DNA of 64,000 nucleotides from Phycisphaerales bacterium (lineage in GTDB: Bacteria > Planctomycetota > Phycisphaerae > UBA1845): NCBI GenBank assembly GCA_020344555.1, contig CP070827.1:4191419-4255418 (forward strand). Reading direction: 5' to 3'. Positions 10,856 through 19,525 of the stretch are shown piece after piece. The translations under genes and the position numbers were made by a program. How positions within the stretch are numbered: position 1 is the first letter of the stretch; each line of letters opens with the position of its first letter. Below the pieces are notes generated by a model. That model did not search any database and was not told the DNA's origin. It worked only from the letters and a program-made list of their open reading frames with translations.

Positions 10856-10913
10856 AAAAAAGGGGACATTCTACTTTTTTGAGGCCGGCAGAAAAAGTAC
10901 AATGTCCCCTTTT
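10856..10913. terminator. Bidirectional intrinsic terminator: a long AT-rich hairpin between convergent genes
   Basis: AAAAGGGGACATTCTACTTTTT, a 12-nt loop, then AAAAAGTACAATGTCCCCTTTT. This gives about 21 of 22 bp paired, with an A-tract and a T-tract flanking the stem. Confidence 0.75.
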
Positions 10914-10926
10914 CCGATTTGGAGGC

Positions 10927-11337
10927 CTATTGGGGCATGCCCTGTTCTACAGCAGGGGGCTCGTCCGGTGGCAGCGCGGCTGGGGAGGGGCTCCCTTGAG
11001 GGATCGGTATGTCACGGAGCTTTGTAATGACGCTCTCGTAGGTCGTGTCAGGGTCATCGTTGAAGTCCTGCACAGCGGCCATGGCCCTCATCCCCTGGTC
11101 CTGATCGGGATCCCCCGGTCGAGCTCCGGCAACATTTCCGGCCACCACCACGAAGAGCTCGCAGGATCGGTCCCACCCGAATAGGCGGCACATGCCGCCA
11201 ACGATGTCCCACGCGACGGCCGCTTCGTCGCCGTAGTGGACGGGGTTCCCTTGATCATCCCGCGCATCGGCTTCCCGACACCACTTGGCTTCATTGTCCA
11301 GCAGGTCCAGCAGCCTGTCCTTTTCATCTTGGGTCAT
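10927..11337 (-). CDS. Hypothetical small protein (KWCREADARDDQGNPV...AVAWDIVGGMC motif)
   Basis: 136-aa ORF that ends next to the terminator hairpin. The motif resembles small phage- or plasmid-borne proteins, but no family could be assigned from memory. Confidence 0.55.
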   Translation of the reverse strand: MTQDEKDRLLDLLDNEAKWCREADARDDQGNPVHYGDEAAVAWDIVGGMCRLFGWDRSCELFVVVAGNVAGARPGDPDQDQGMRAMAAVQDFNDDPDTTYESVITKLRDIPIPQGSPSPAALPPDEPPAVEQGMPQ

Positions 11338-11406
11338 TCATCACCGCCTCTCTGAGAAGCAATATCGCCCGCCCCGACGAATCGCAAAGACCCCGTTCCG
11401 ATGGTC

Positions 11407-11685
11407 TCATCGATCCATCTCGGTTGCGGCCAGCACCTGCTCCGAGATGAGCGAGCCGCCCTCCTCGCACGGCAAGGAGACGAGCGTCCTGGAAACGGGC
11501 GCCACAATCTCGCAAGTGCCATTTTCGATGAAGAGCACGGAAAAGAGCTCATCCTCTTCGATCCCATCGCTCTCCTCGAAGTACAGGTCGGAAATAGTCG
11601 CGTAAGAGATCAAGCGTTTTTCTTCCGCCTCGGCGGCAAGGACACGAATCGTCACAAGATCGGGCACTTCGATGTTGACTTCCAT
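11407..11685 (-). CDS. Hypothetical small acidic protein
   Basis: Internal ATG (MEVNIEVPDLVTIRV...) of ORF 11407..11790. The sequence upstream of it looks like non-coding read-in. Confidence 0.4.
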   Translation of the reverse strand: MEVNIEVPDLVTIRVLAAEAEEKRLISYATISDLYFEESDGIEEDELFSVLFIENGTCEIVAPVSRTLVSLPCEEGGSLISEQVLAATEMDR

Positions 11686-11980
11686 AGCACTGCCTTTTGG
11701 GTGGCATACGTCGGCACGCCGCATCGATGGTAACCTTACCGGGACCATCCGAAAGCCTGCCCGGACGCCTGCGGTTCCAGCACTCTGCACGCCCGTGCCA
11801 TCCTCGGGGAATGGTGGACGACGCGAGTCGCCCCCTCACGGTTTCTCCGTTGCAGGCACACACCACGCACAACCACTGTCCGGTCTTTCTGTACTTGCTG
11901 ATTCGCTTCACGTCCGTAGGGCACCATTCGCATTCAGGAATGTCGGGCTCCTTCGGACGGATGGCTTGAATCGGAAGCAC
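11549..11980 (-). CDS. Possible zinc-ribbon protein. Only the N-terminal about 60 aa looks real, and the true 3' end is unclear.
   Basis: PECEWCPTDVKRISKYRKTGQWLCVVCACNGE contains two CxxC pairs. The rest of the ORF overlaps the next gene and looks out of frame. Confidence 0.25.
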   Translation of the reverse strand: MLPIQAIRPKEPDIPECEWCPTDVKRISKYRKTGQWLCVVCACNGETVRGRLASSTIPRGWHGRAECWNRRRPGRLSDGPGKVTIDAACRRMPPKRQCYGSQHRSARSCDDSCPCRRGGRKTLDLLRDYFRPVLRGERWDRRG

Positions 11981-12170
11981 CGCTCTGCTTCGAATCGGAC
12001 GACGGCTTCAGCGCCCACTCCCCGTCCGTCCACACGATCAGATCTTCCTTTTCCATCTTCATGAGCAAAGAAAACAGCGGGCTGCGGGATATACCGAGCT
12101 TCCTTGCAAGCTCAGCCGCGTTTTCGGGCCGGTTGGCCAGCAACTTCAATACTCTTGTCCGGTCGTCCAT
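11934..12170 (-). CDS. Small winged-helix (MarR/ArsR-like) DNA-binding protein
   Basis: MDDRTRVLKLLANRPENAAELARKLGISRSPLFSLLMKMEKEDLIVWTDGEW has a helix-turn-helix plus wing pattern. Confidence 0.6.
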   Translation of the reverse strand: MDDRTRVLKLLANRPENAAELARKLGISRSPLFSLLMKMEKEDLIVWTDGEWALKPSSDSKQSGASDSSHPSEGARHS

Positions 12171-12207
12171 ACTCGTTACGCTCCGCGACCTCGGCGAGCC
12201 GCAGGAT

Positions 12208-12618
12208 TCACCCCGCGCGAACGACCGCGCAGGCTAAAGCCTCCGCCCCGCCAGCTAGAGCCTCAGATCGAGTTCGTTGAGCTTCTCGCGAAGCCCGCCC
12301 ACGTCGAACGGTCACAAGATCATGCATTGCATGGCGTTGCCGTGGAGCTGAATGGTCAGAGTGTAAACGCAAAGTCCTGCGCAGCACAATAATGGGGTAC
12401 CCTGGCCGACGTGGGACCGCAATGTGGCGCAAAATGCCTGCGTGTCTTCCAAGTCCTTGTGTGCGGAAGATGACAAGAGCCACGCGTACAGATGAAGGCG
12501 CCCTTTTGCCTTCGTCGAATTCCGTGATTTCGAAGTGATCAGCCGGTAGGCACCCTCCCACAATCGCCCGGGAAGATTCATCAAGGTTGGCGATCACGAT
12601 GCGGCGTTTTGTCGGCAT
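12208..12618 (-). CDS. CheY-like receiver-domain protein, atypical (no obvious phospho-acceptor Asp), with a possible -1 frameshift near its 3' end
   Basis: RRIVIANLDES...YPIIVL...AMHDLVT follows the REC layout. The expected PFDVGGLREKLNELDLRL* tail lies in another frame and ends at 12255. Confidence 0.35.
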   Translation of the reverse strand: MPTKRRIVIANLDESSRAIVGGCLPADHFEITEFDEGKRAPSSVRVALVIFRTQGLGRHAGILRHIAVPRRPGYPIIVLRRTLRLHSDHSAPRQRHAMHDLVTVRRGRASREAQRTRSEALAGGAEALACAVVRAG

Positions 12619-12749
12619 GGGCAAAGACTCCCGTACAATCTCGGTTCGCCGGCGGGAGTTTACCAACTCCTCTCCCCCCCGGTCCAGCTACCAGACACCG
12701 GGAACCGAGCTGCGGAGCCGAACTTCAAATCGCTCTGGGGCTTCCGGCC

Positions 12750-14780
12750 CTATTGGACGCGGGGCACAGTAATCGGCCGCGGGCGCACACTTAGATCAGG
12801 CTTAAATAATCCATCCCGACGATAGTCTTCCGTCGCCGTAGCGTCGAACTGTCCCTCACGGGCTGGCGCCACATTGATCAGCCGCGATTTCGGTCCGGGC
12901 GGGTTGGCCTTGTGGGTGATGGGACCTCGCCACAGGCGGTACGACCACTTGGTGGAGCAGATTGCAGTCTTTACGAGTCCCATCATGCCAATGAGCTGGT
13001 CGTAAGCTCCGGCCAGGTACAGCTTGCTAGCTGGTCGCACCAGCGTGCGGGCAAGGTTGATGGGATTGTAGTACAAAGCGTAGGCGAGTAGCACGCTGAG
13101 CTGCACCTGCCACGGCTTGGGCAACGAGGAGGCGATCACGTGATTCCCGTCGTACTGATGCTGGAGGACCGGTTTGCCGCCCACGGCATCGAAGACCCAC
13201 CCCTTCTCGAAGCTCGACTCGTATGACCGTGTGCCCGCCGCCGGCCCCAGGATCGTCACCTGCATGCTCTGCGCCCCGGCCTTGCGCAGGAACTCCACCT
13301 GGTTAAGCAGCCCATACAAGCCCTTCTGTGTATAAAGCGGCTGGCCGTCGTGGTGCATCAGCATGGGCATCGGGCAGATGCCGGTTTTGTTCATAAGGGC
13401 GAACAGTTCAGCCGTCTTGCTGACAGACTGGCCCTTCCTGATGAGTGTCGCAGTGAGGTCCTCGATACCCAGCCAGAGCGCCCGTAAGCCGGACCTCCTC
13501 GCGGGCTTCAACAGGTCCCGGTTTTTCCAGGTGTCAAACTCGGTTGCCTCCGTACCCCATCGAACCGCCTTCCGAAGGGGCCTGCCCGCGATCGTGGCGC
13601 ACGACATGGTCTCGAACATCTGCTCGACCGCCGGGCGACTGTTGAAGAAGTTGTCGTCCGTACCGAAGAAAAACCGGATGCCGAGCTGCTCGCGCAGCCG
13701 GCGCATCTCATCGACGATCCGCTCACCGCTCTTGCAACGGAAGGTACGCTGGTTGTATACCGGTATCGCGCAGTACTCGCAGTTGAACTTGCAGCCGTGT
13801 GAAATGATCAATGACCCGCTCGGTGAATATCGGGCGACACGCGAGGCGGGCAGCGGTTGTGATTCTAATCGGCGACGGCGATGGGGACGCTCCAGCAGGC
13901 GGAACCCGATGATCGGGTGCGGCATCTCGTCCAAATCCTTTACGAGCTGCTGGACTCCCGTCGTCACCAGGGGGGCGTCGACGTTTTCGTCCTTGCGGTG
14001 CACCAAGCCGGGGATGTCCACCAGCGCTTGATCGCGGCGAGCGCGGAGGAACGCATCAAGCATTGTTCCTCGCGTCCCCCGGTATTCGAGCAACACCTCG
14101 ATGAGCTGCATCAGGACGAATTCTTCTCCGGTCACAACGACATCGGCGCCGACATTCGGGTCGCCGCCGATCCCGAACAGATCCCAGGGCTCGTAGATTA
14201 CTTTGGGACCGCCGGCGATGATCAGCGGGCGCGACATGGCGGAGTTGGCGCAGGCGTCGGCAACCAGCCGGTAGGCGCGCTCGGCGTGGATCTGCATGCT
14301 CGAAACGAGCAACATCTCGATCGGCTCACCATCGAGCCTGGCCCGGCTGGGGTGGAAGTTTGGGTTCCACTGCTGCAAAACGACCCGCGTCTTGGTCAGC
14401 CCCGAATCGTACAACGCAGCACCCACTGCACGCGGCCCTGCCGGCGCCATGTGATGGCTGCTGAAAAAGTAAGGCAGCAGCCGTGTTCGCTGGTCGAATG
14501 CATAGACCACGACCGTCGGGATACTCAGGCCCGCCGCTGTAGCCCTGATTCGCCGGCGCAGCGCCGGATACTCGCCCGACTTCGTATACTCATCACCCTT
14601 CGAACGTGTGGGTAACTCCACGTATACGCACTCCTTTTGCGCCTGCAAGAACCGACTTACGCTGAAGCCCTGAACCATTACGGACCGCATTACCTGGCGA
14701 AGCCAGGCGACCTTCCAGGCCGGCCCTTTCACCATCGCTTTCCACCCACCAGGCAAGTCGGACTGCGCCGTGGCTGACAC
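12750..14780 (-). CDS. B12-binding-domain radical SAM enzyme with a hydrophobic C-terminal extension
   Basis: GCKFNCEYC is a CxxxCxxC cluster motif. It is followed by FFFGTDDNF and preceded by a Rossmann-like N-domain (LIIAGGPKV). The tail contains LSVLLAYALYYNPINL. Confidence 0.8.
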   Translation of the reverse strand: MSATAQSDLPGGWKAMVKGPAWKVAWLRQVMRSVMVQGFSVSRFLQAQKECVYVELPTRSKGDEYTKSGEYPALRRRIRATAAGLSIPTVVVYAFDQRTRLLPYFFSSHHMAPAGPRAVGAALYDSGLTKTRVVLQQWNPNFHPSRARLDGEPIEMLLVSSMQIHAERAYRLVADACANSAMSRPLIIAGGPKVIYEPWDLFGIGGDPNVGADVVVTGEEFVLMQLIEVLLEYRGTRGTMLDAFLRARRDQALVDIPGLVHRKDENVDAPLVTTGVQQLVKDLDEMPHPIIGFRLLERPHRRRRLESQPLPASRVARYSPSGSLIISHGCKFNCEYCAIPVYNQRTFRCKSGERIVDEMRRLREQLGIRFFFGTDDNFFNSRPAVEQMFETMSCATIAGRPLRKAVRWGTEATEFDTWKNRDLLKPARRSGLRALWLGIEDLTATLIRKGQSVSKTAELFALMNKTGICPMPMLMHHDGQPLYTQKGLYGLLNQVEFLRKAGAQSMQVTILGPAAGTRSYESSFEKGWVFDAVGGKPVLQHQYDGNHVIASSLPKPWQVQLSVLLAYALYYNPINLARTLVRPASKLYLAGAYDQLIGMMGLVKTAICSTKWSYRLWRGPITHKANPPGPKSRLINVAPAREGQFDATATEDYRRDGLFKPDLSVRPRPITVPRVQ

Positions 14781-14798
14781 TCTACCACCTGTGCTTCG

Positions 14799-15113
14799 CA
14801 GGTCCAGTCACGGACACTCAAAGAGGAAGAGGTGTGCTGGCGGATCTACGAGAACCCGGCCGACGCCCGGGCGAGCCTGGCCGAGTTCGAGGCGCGATAC
14901 GACGAGCGGCACCCGCATTAGGCGTTGGTGCCGGAAGGCGGCGGTGACCCGGTGGCGCCGCGGGAGGCGTACGAAGGGAGGGTCCGGCCGCAGCTGCCGC
15001 GTTGGCAGGCTTGGGCCCGCGGACCGAAAGCGAAGCTGGATGCACTACGGGAACGCCCACGGCGGCGCGGGTCACGGAGTCTCTCATATTCTGCCGTCGC
15101 GAGATTCCATTGA
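14799..15113 (+). mobile_element. Remnant of the C-terminus of a DDE (rve-type, IS3/IS481-like) transposase, with an internal TAG
   Basis: The frame reads LKEEEVCWRIYENPADARASLAEFEARYDERHPH-TAG-ALVPEGGGDPVAPREAYEG. There is no catalytic core, no N-terminus and no terminal repeats. Confidence 0.5.
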
Positions 15114-15371
15114 ATTGCGAGGCAAGACAGCCTGCAAAAAACCCCGGCGGCAAGATTCGCTCGAGCAAGAGCGTTTTGAGTCGGTGTAGGCGAGTCTCGG
15201 CGTCGCCGCGGAAGAGCTGACGCAGTGGGCGGGTGCGGCGGCGTATTTTCAGGCCGGCGGGTACGGTTTGCCAGGTCTCAAGGTCGACGGAAGCAAGCTG
15301 ACTTTCCTGGAAGCAGCGCCGTCAGGATCCTGAAGAAGACAGAGGAATGGCGAGTCGCCGGGCGAATGCCG

Positions 15372-15803
15372 TTATTGCTGAGCGAATGCCTTTTGGTAAG
15401 CGGCGGTCAGCTCTGCATCCCGCCCCGGGGAATACTTCTTGGCATTCCAGCGATACCCCAAATCGTCGTCGGCCCTTCGGGGGACCAGATGGCAGTGGAC
15501 GTGGGAGACGACCTGTCCTGCGGCCCGACCGTCGTTCAACAGCACGTTGAATCCCTCGGCTCCGGTCACCTCCATGAGCGCCCGGCCGAGTGTCGGAGCT
15601 ACAGAAAAGAGGGCACCACACTGTGTAGGCGGAATGTCCAGTACGCTGGAATAGTGTTCGCGTGGGATCACGAGAAGATGGCCCTCAGCCAGCGGATTCA
15701 CGTCGAGGAAGGAGATGATGGATTCATTTTCGTAGACCACGGCGGCCGGAATCTCTGCCACGACAATCTTGCAGAAGACACAGTCGGGATCGCGTGGCAT
15801 CAT
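15372..15803 (-). CDS. HIT-family (histidine triad) nucleotide hydrolase
   Basis: CVFCKI...FLDVNPLAEGHLLVIP...HVHCHLVP is the HxHxHxx motif. The start lies 24 nt after the rplQ stop. Confidence 0.9.
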   Translation of the reverse strand: MMPRDPDCVFCKIVVAEIPAAVVYENESIISFLDVNPLAEGHLLVIPREHYSSVLDIPPTQCGALFSVAPTLGRALMEVTGAEGFNVLLNDGRAAGQVVSHVHCHLVPRRADDDLGYRWNAKKYSPGRDAELTAAYQKAFAQQ

Positions 15804-15826
15804 GTCCTCCCTAATCGAGTGTCAGC

Positions 15827-16591
15827 CTACCGCGCCGGCGTCCGGTCATCGCCGGAATCGACGTCACCACTCCTCCCTTGTGGCTCGTTGCTGTCGGTGT
15901 CCGGTGACTCATCTTCCGTTTCAGCCGGGGCCTCGACGCCGCTCTCAGCGGCGCGCTCCACCTTTGCCCAACTCTTGGCGGCTCTCGCCGCCATGGAGTA
16001 CCGGGCATCGGCCCGACGGCGACGGGCCGACCTACCGGGCTTCGCGAGCGACACGGGTGCCTCCTCATCGCCGACCAACTGGAGCACGGCCAAGGGCGAG
16101 CAGTCACCGATCCGCCTATTGGCCAAGCGCACCAGGCGCGTGTACCCGCCCGGTCGATTCTCGTAGCGCGGTGCGACAGTCTCAATCAACCGGTGCGTGA
16201 CCGACTCCGCCGTGAATGCCAGACGACCTTTGGGTTCGCCAGTGCGGTATCGCCGACCGCTGAGCATGCGCGTCGTCTTGGCCCGATGTGCGTTCGTCAT
16301 GCCTGCGTAGGAATCGCGGTGATCTTTGGGGATCAGCCCCCGATCTCCAAGGAGCTTATGGATTGTGCGGCGAGCCCGCAGAGCACCGGCGGTATCGTCG
16401 GCCACGGTCAGCTTTCTCGCCTCGACCGCCAGCGTCACCAACCTCTCGATAAACGGGCGGAGGGCCTTGGCCTTGGGCAGCGTGGTGGTGATCTGCCCGT
16501 GCTCGATCAGATTCTGAGAGAGGTTCCGGAGCAGCGCCTTACGGTGCTCGGAAGTCCGGTTGAGTTTTCGGTGACGAATACGGTGCCTCAT
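15827..16591 (-). CDS. rplQ: 50S ribosomal protein L17 with a long acidic C-terminal extension
   Basis: MRHRIRHRKLNRTSEHRKALLRNLSQNLIEHGQITTT. It carries about 130 extra low-complexity residues. Confidence 0.95.
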   Translation of the reverse strand: MRHRIRHRKLNRTSEHRKALLRNLSQNLIEHGQITTTLPKAKALRPFIERLVTLAVEARKLTVADDTAGALRARRTIHKLLGDRGLIPKDHRDSYAGMTNAHRAKTTRMLSGRRYRTGEPKGRLAFTAESVTHRLIETVAPRYENRPGGYTRLVRLANRRIGDCSPLAVLQLVGDEEAPVSLAKPGRSARRRRADARYSMAARAAKSWAKVERAAESGVEAPAETEDESPDTDSNEPQGRSGDVDSGDDRTPAR

Positions 16592-16654
16592 TGTTGTCCC
16601 TTACGCTCTCCCCGCCGGCCGCACGGCTGAATCCCCATCCCGCCAAGGCACGGC

Positions 16655-17776
16655 CTAGTCGCCCATGGTGAAGGCCTCCATCGGTCCTGTCTCCGCAGGC
16701 ACTGAGGAGGGCCCATCAGTGGTATCGGAGGCCGTTGCATCAGTCGGGCCGGGCGTTGGTCCCTCCGGCTCGGCGCCGCTGTCCGGCCCGTCCTCGCCGA
16801 TCTTCATCCCCAGCGCCAAGCCTATCTCCGATAGCTTGCGGTGTACCTCGTGCAAAGAGGTCTTGCCGAAGCTGCGAAAACGCAGCAAATCCGCCTCGGT
16901 CTGACCTATCAGCTCACGAAGTGTGGTGACCTTGGCCGCTTCGAGACAGTTGCTTGCACGAACCGAAAGGTTCAGAATCGAGACCGGCTTTTCCAAAAGC
17001 TCTTGGAGACCGGACTGTTCGTGTGTACTCGGCTCTACCAGTTGCTCCGATGGCGCAGCCAACTGATCTCCCAAGTCGTGACACACCACGAACGGATTCA
17101 GGTGCTTCCGAAGGATCAACCCCGCTTCGACGAGAGCATCTTCCGGTGTCACGGTCCCGTTCGTCCAAATCTCCAGAATCAACCGATCATAGTTCGTCCG
17201 CTGTCCCACGCGCATGTCCTCGGTCCGATAGCGGACGCGCAGAACCGGCGAGAAGATCGAGTCCACCGGAATTATCGTGAGTTCCTGCTCCACCGCCCGG
17301 TTATCGCTTGCGGTCGCGTAACCGCGCCCTTTCCCGATAGTCATTTCCGCTTGGAAACTCACATCGGCAGTTAGCGTAGCTATCAAATGATCCGGATTGA
17401 CAATGGTAACGCCCGGATCGGCGACGATATCTCCGGCCCGCACCTCGCCGGCAGTCTCACGTTGAACGGTGATCTTTCTGGGGCAATCGCCGTCAACCTT
17501 CAGCACGATTCCCTTGATGTTCAGCAGAATGTCGGTTACATCCTCGAGCACCCCATCGATGCTGGTGAACTCATGTGAGACGCCGCCAAGTTTCACCGTA
17601 ATAACCGCCGCTCCTTCGAGGCTGGACAACAGAACTCGCCGCAGCGAATTACCGATCGTCGTCCCAAAGCCCTGTTCAAACGGTTCGACTACGAACCGCC
17701 CGTAAGAGCCGGTGCTGACAGCCTCGTCGCGAACGACGCGGCTTGGCAACTCGAATCCTCGCCACCTGATTCGCAT
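16655..17776 (-). CDS. rpoA: RNA polymerase alpha subunit
   Basis: ATG at 17776 sits 8 nt after GGAGG. NTD and CTD motifs are present, followed by a Pro/Asp/Thr-rich tail. Confidence 0.95.
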   Translation of the reverse strand: MRIRWRGFELPSRVVRDEAVSTGSYGRFVVEPFEQGFGTTIGNSLRRVLLSSLEGAAVITVKLGGVSHEFTSIDGVLEDVTDILLNIKGIVLKVDGDCPRKITVQRETAGEVRAGDIVADPGVTIVNPDHLIATLTADVSFQAEMTIGKGRGYATASDNRAVEQELTIIPVDSIFSPVLRVRYRTEDMRVGQRTNYDRLILEIWTNGTVTPEDALVEAGLILRKHLNPFVVCHDLGDQLAAPSEQLVEPSTHEQSGLQELLEKPVSILNLSVRASNCLEAAKVTTLRELIGQTEADLLRFRSFGKTSLHEVHRKLSEIGLALGMKIGEDGPDSGAEPEGPTPGPTDATASDTTDGPSSVPAETGPMEAFTMGD

Positions 17777-17853
17777 CGGGATAACCTCCAACCGGGTTCA
17801 GCGGGAACGGAACGGGCATCATTCTGCCCGGGGCCAACACCAAAAGCGCAACG

Positions 17854-18483
17854 CTACCGACTACACATCTCGATAATCAGTTGCTCTTCCACCGGAATCT
17901 GGACGTCCTCACGCGAGGGCATTGCCGCTACAACACCCTCTAGAGTCTGTGCATCCAGTTGCAGCCACGTCTGTACCGAGGGACCGCCGTCACCTAGAGT
18001 CTGACGAATGAATTTCTGGCTCCGTTCCGACGGTTTCACGCTGATTCGATCGCCCTTTTTCACGAGGTAGCCGGGACGGTTCAGCCGGCGGCGGTTCAGG
18101 TAGACGTGACCGTGGACGATTGCGGCTCGCGCCGCACGATGGGACGGAGCAAAACCGAGCTTCCAGATAACGTTGTCGAGACGGCGCTCCAACAAATTGA
18201 GCAGGGCCTCGCCGGTGTTGCCCTTCATGCGCTCCGCGGTCCGAAAGTAAATCATGAACTGGCGTTCGAACACGCCGTAGTACCTTTTGACTTTCTGCTT
18301 TTCGCGCAGACGTATGCCGTAGTCACCCGGCTTTCGCCGGCGCCATGAGTGCGCCCCCGGGGGGTGGGCGCGCCACTGACGCTCCATGGCACACTTCGCC
18401 GTCTCGCAGCGCGCACCCTTGAGCATCAGCTTTATAGCTTCACGACGACAAAGACGGCAAACCGGTCCGAGATAACGTCCCAT
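17854..18483 (-). CDS. rpsD: 30S ribosomal protein S4
   Basis: MGRYLGPVCRLCRREAIKLMLKG. Confidence 0.95.
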   Translation of the reverse strand: MGRYLGPVCRLCRREAIKLMLKGARCETAKCAMERQWRAHPPGAHSWRRRKPGDYGIRLREKQKVKRYYGVFERQFMIYFRTAERMKGNTGEALLNLLERRLDNVIWKLGFAPSHRAARAAIVHGHVYLNRRRLNRPGYLVKKGDRISVKPSERSQKFIRQTLGDGGPSVQTWLQLDAQTLEGVVAAMPSREDVQIPVEEQLIIEMCSR

Positions 18484-18572
18484 GATCGTATCCGCTGAAT
18501 TCTCCGCACAGGCCTGAAACAGGCGATCAAGCCACCTGCTCGCCCCAACCCTTCGCTAAAACACTTCCTTTG

Positions 18573-18956
18573 CTAGACCCGCCGCCGCTTCTTGGGACGA
18601 CACCCGTTATGCGGTAGCGGTGTCACATCTTCAATCGAGTGGATTCGCAGACCCGAGCTCTGCAGCGCCGTAATCGCCGCGTCACGCCCGGTGCCCGGCC
18701 CCTTTACCCTCACTTCCACCTCTATAAGCCCGAACCTCCTAGCCGCGTGGGCTATCTGCTCCACAGCACGCTGTGCGGCAAACGGGGTACTCTTCCGAGT
18801 TCCTTTGAAGCCCACAGTCCCCGCAGACGCCCGACAAAGCACATCGCCATTCATGTCCGTGATGGTGACCAGGGTATTGTTGAACGTCGCCTTGATATAC
18901 GCGATGCCGCGGGCAACATTCCGACGGACCCTGCGCCTGCCAGCTCGTTTAGCCAC
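18573..18956 (-). CDS. rpsK: 30S ribosomal protein S11
   Basis: [18 protein letters not shown]...[13 protein letters not shown]. Confidence 0.95.
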   Translation of the reverse strand: MAKRAGRRRVRRNVARGIAYIKATFNNTLVTITDMNGDVLCRASAGTVGFKGTRKSTPFAAQRAVEQIAHAARRFGLIEVEVRVKGPGTGRDAAITALQSSGLRIHSIEDVTPLPHNGCRPKKRRRV

Positions 18957-18968
18957 GATTTACTCCCA

Positions 18969-19352
18969 CTAACGCATCTCCTTCACGCCCTTCTTACCGG
19001 CCACGGTCTTCCGCGGTCCCTTGCGCGTTCGCGCATTGGTCCGCGTCCGCTGACCTCGCACGGGCAAGTGCATCCTGTGGCGGACACCGCGATAACACCT
19101 GATGTCCTTGAGCCGGGCGATGTTCGACTGGACCATCCGTCGAAGCCGACCTTCGACCTGATAGTTCCGGTCGATCACGCTACCGATGCGGGCGCCCTCC
19201 TCTTCGGTGAGATCCCTGGCCTTGACACCCACCTCGATCTGGGCCTCTTTCAAGACGTCCAGGGCCAGCTTCGGTCCGATCCCGTGGATGTACCGCAGTG
19301 CGAATTCGATCCTCTTATCGCCCGGGATATCGACACCAGCAACACGTGGCAT
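18969..19352 (-). CDS. rpsM: 30S ribosomal protein S13
   Basis: [26 protein letters not shown]. Confidence 0.95.
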   Translation of the reverse strand: MPRVAGVDIPGDKRIEFALRYIHGIGPKLALDVLKEAQIEVGVKARDLTEEEGARIGSVIDRNYQVEGRLRRMVQSNIARLKDIRCYRGVRHRMHLPVRGQRTRTNARTRKGPRKTVAGKKGVKEMR

Positions 19353-19363
19353 TCAAGCTCTCC

Positions 19364-19477
19364 TTACCCCTGACGCTGCTTGTGCCGGGGATTCGTACAG
19401 ATAACGCGAACGATCCCCCTGCGTTTGACTATCTTGCAGTTCTCGCAAATGCGCCGCACGCTTGCTCTGACCTTCAT
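19364..19477 (-). CDS. rpmJ: 50S ribosomal protein L36
   Basis: This 38-codon ORF is too short for the ORF track. I translated it by hand as [37 protein letters not shown]. Confidence 0.9.
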   Translation of the reverse strand: MKVRASVRRICENCKIVKRRGIVRVICTNPRHKQRQG

Positions 19478-19525
19478 GGCACTCCAACTTTCACAAACAG
19501 GCGGGACGTTTGGGCCTCGCTGATA

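Noticed and set aside
11736-11933. 65-aa ORF that starts immediately after the wHTH stop (TGA-ATG)
   Set aside because: Its translation is Arg-rich and looks out of frame. The overlapping frame with two CxxC pairs looks more like a real protein, although that call is also low-confidence.
15225-16166. 313-aa plus-strand ORF
   Set aside because: It is antisense to the HIT gene and rplQ, and its composition is not protein-like.
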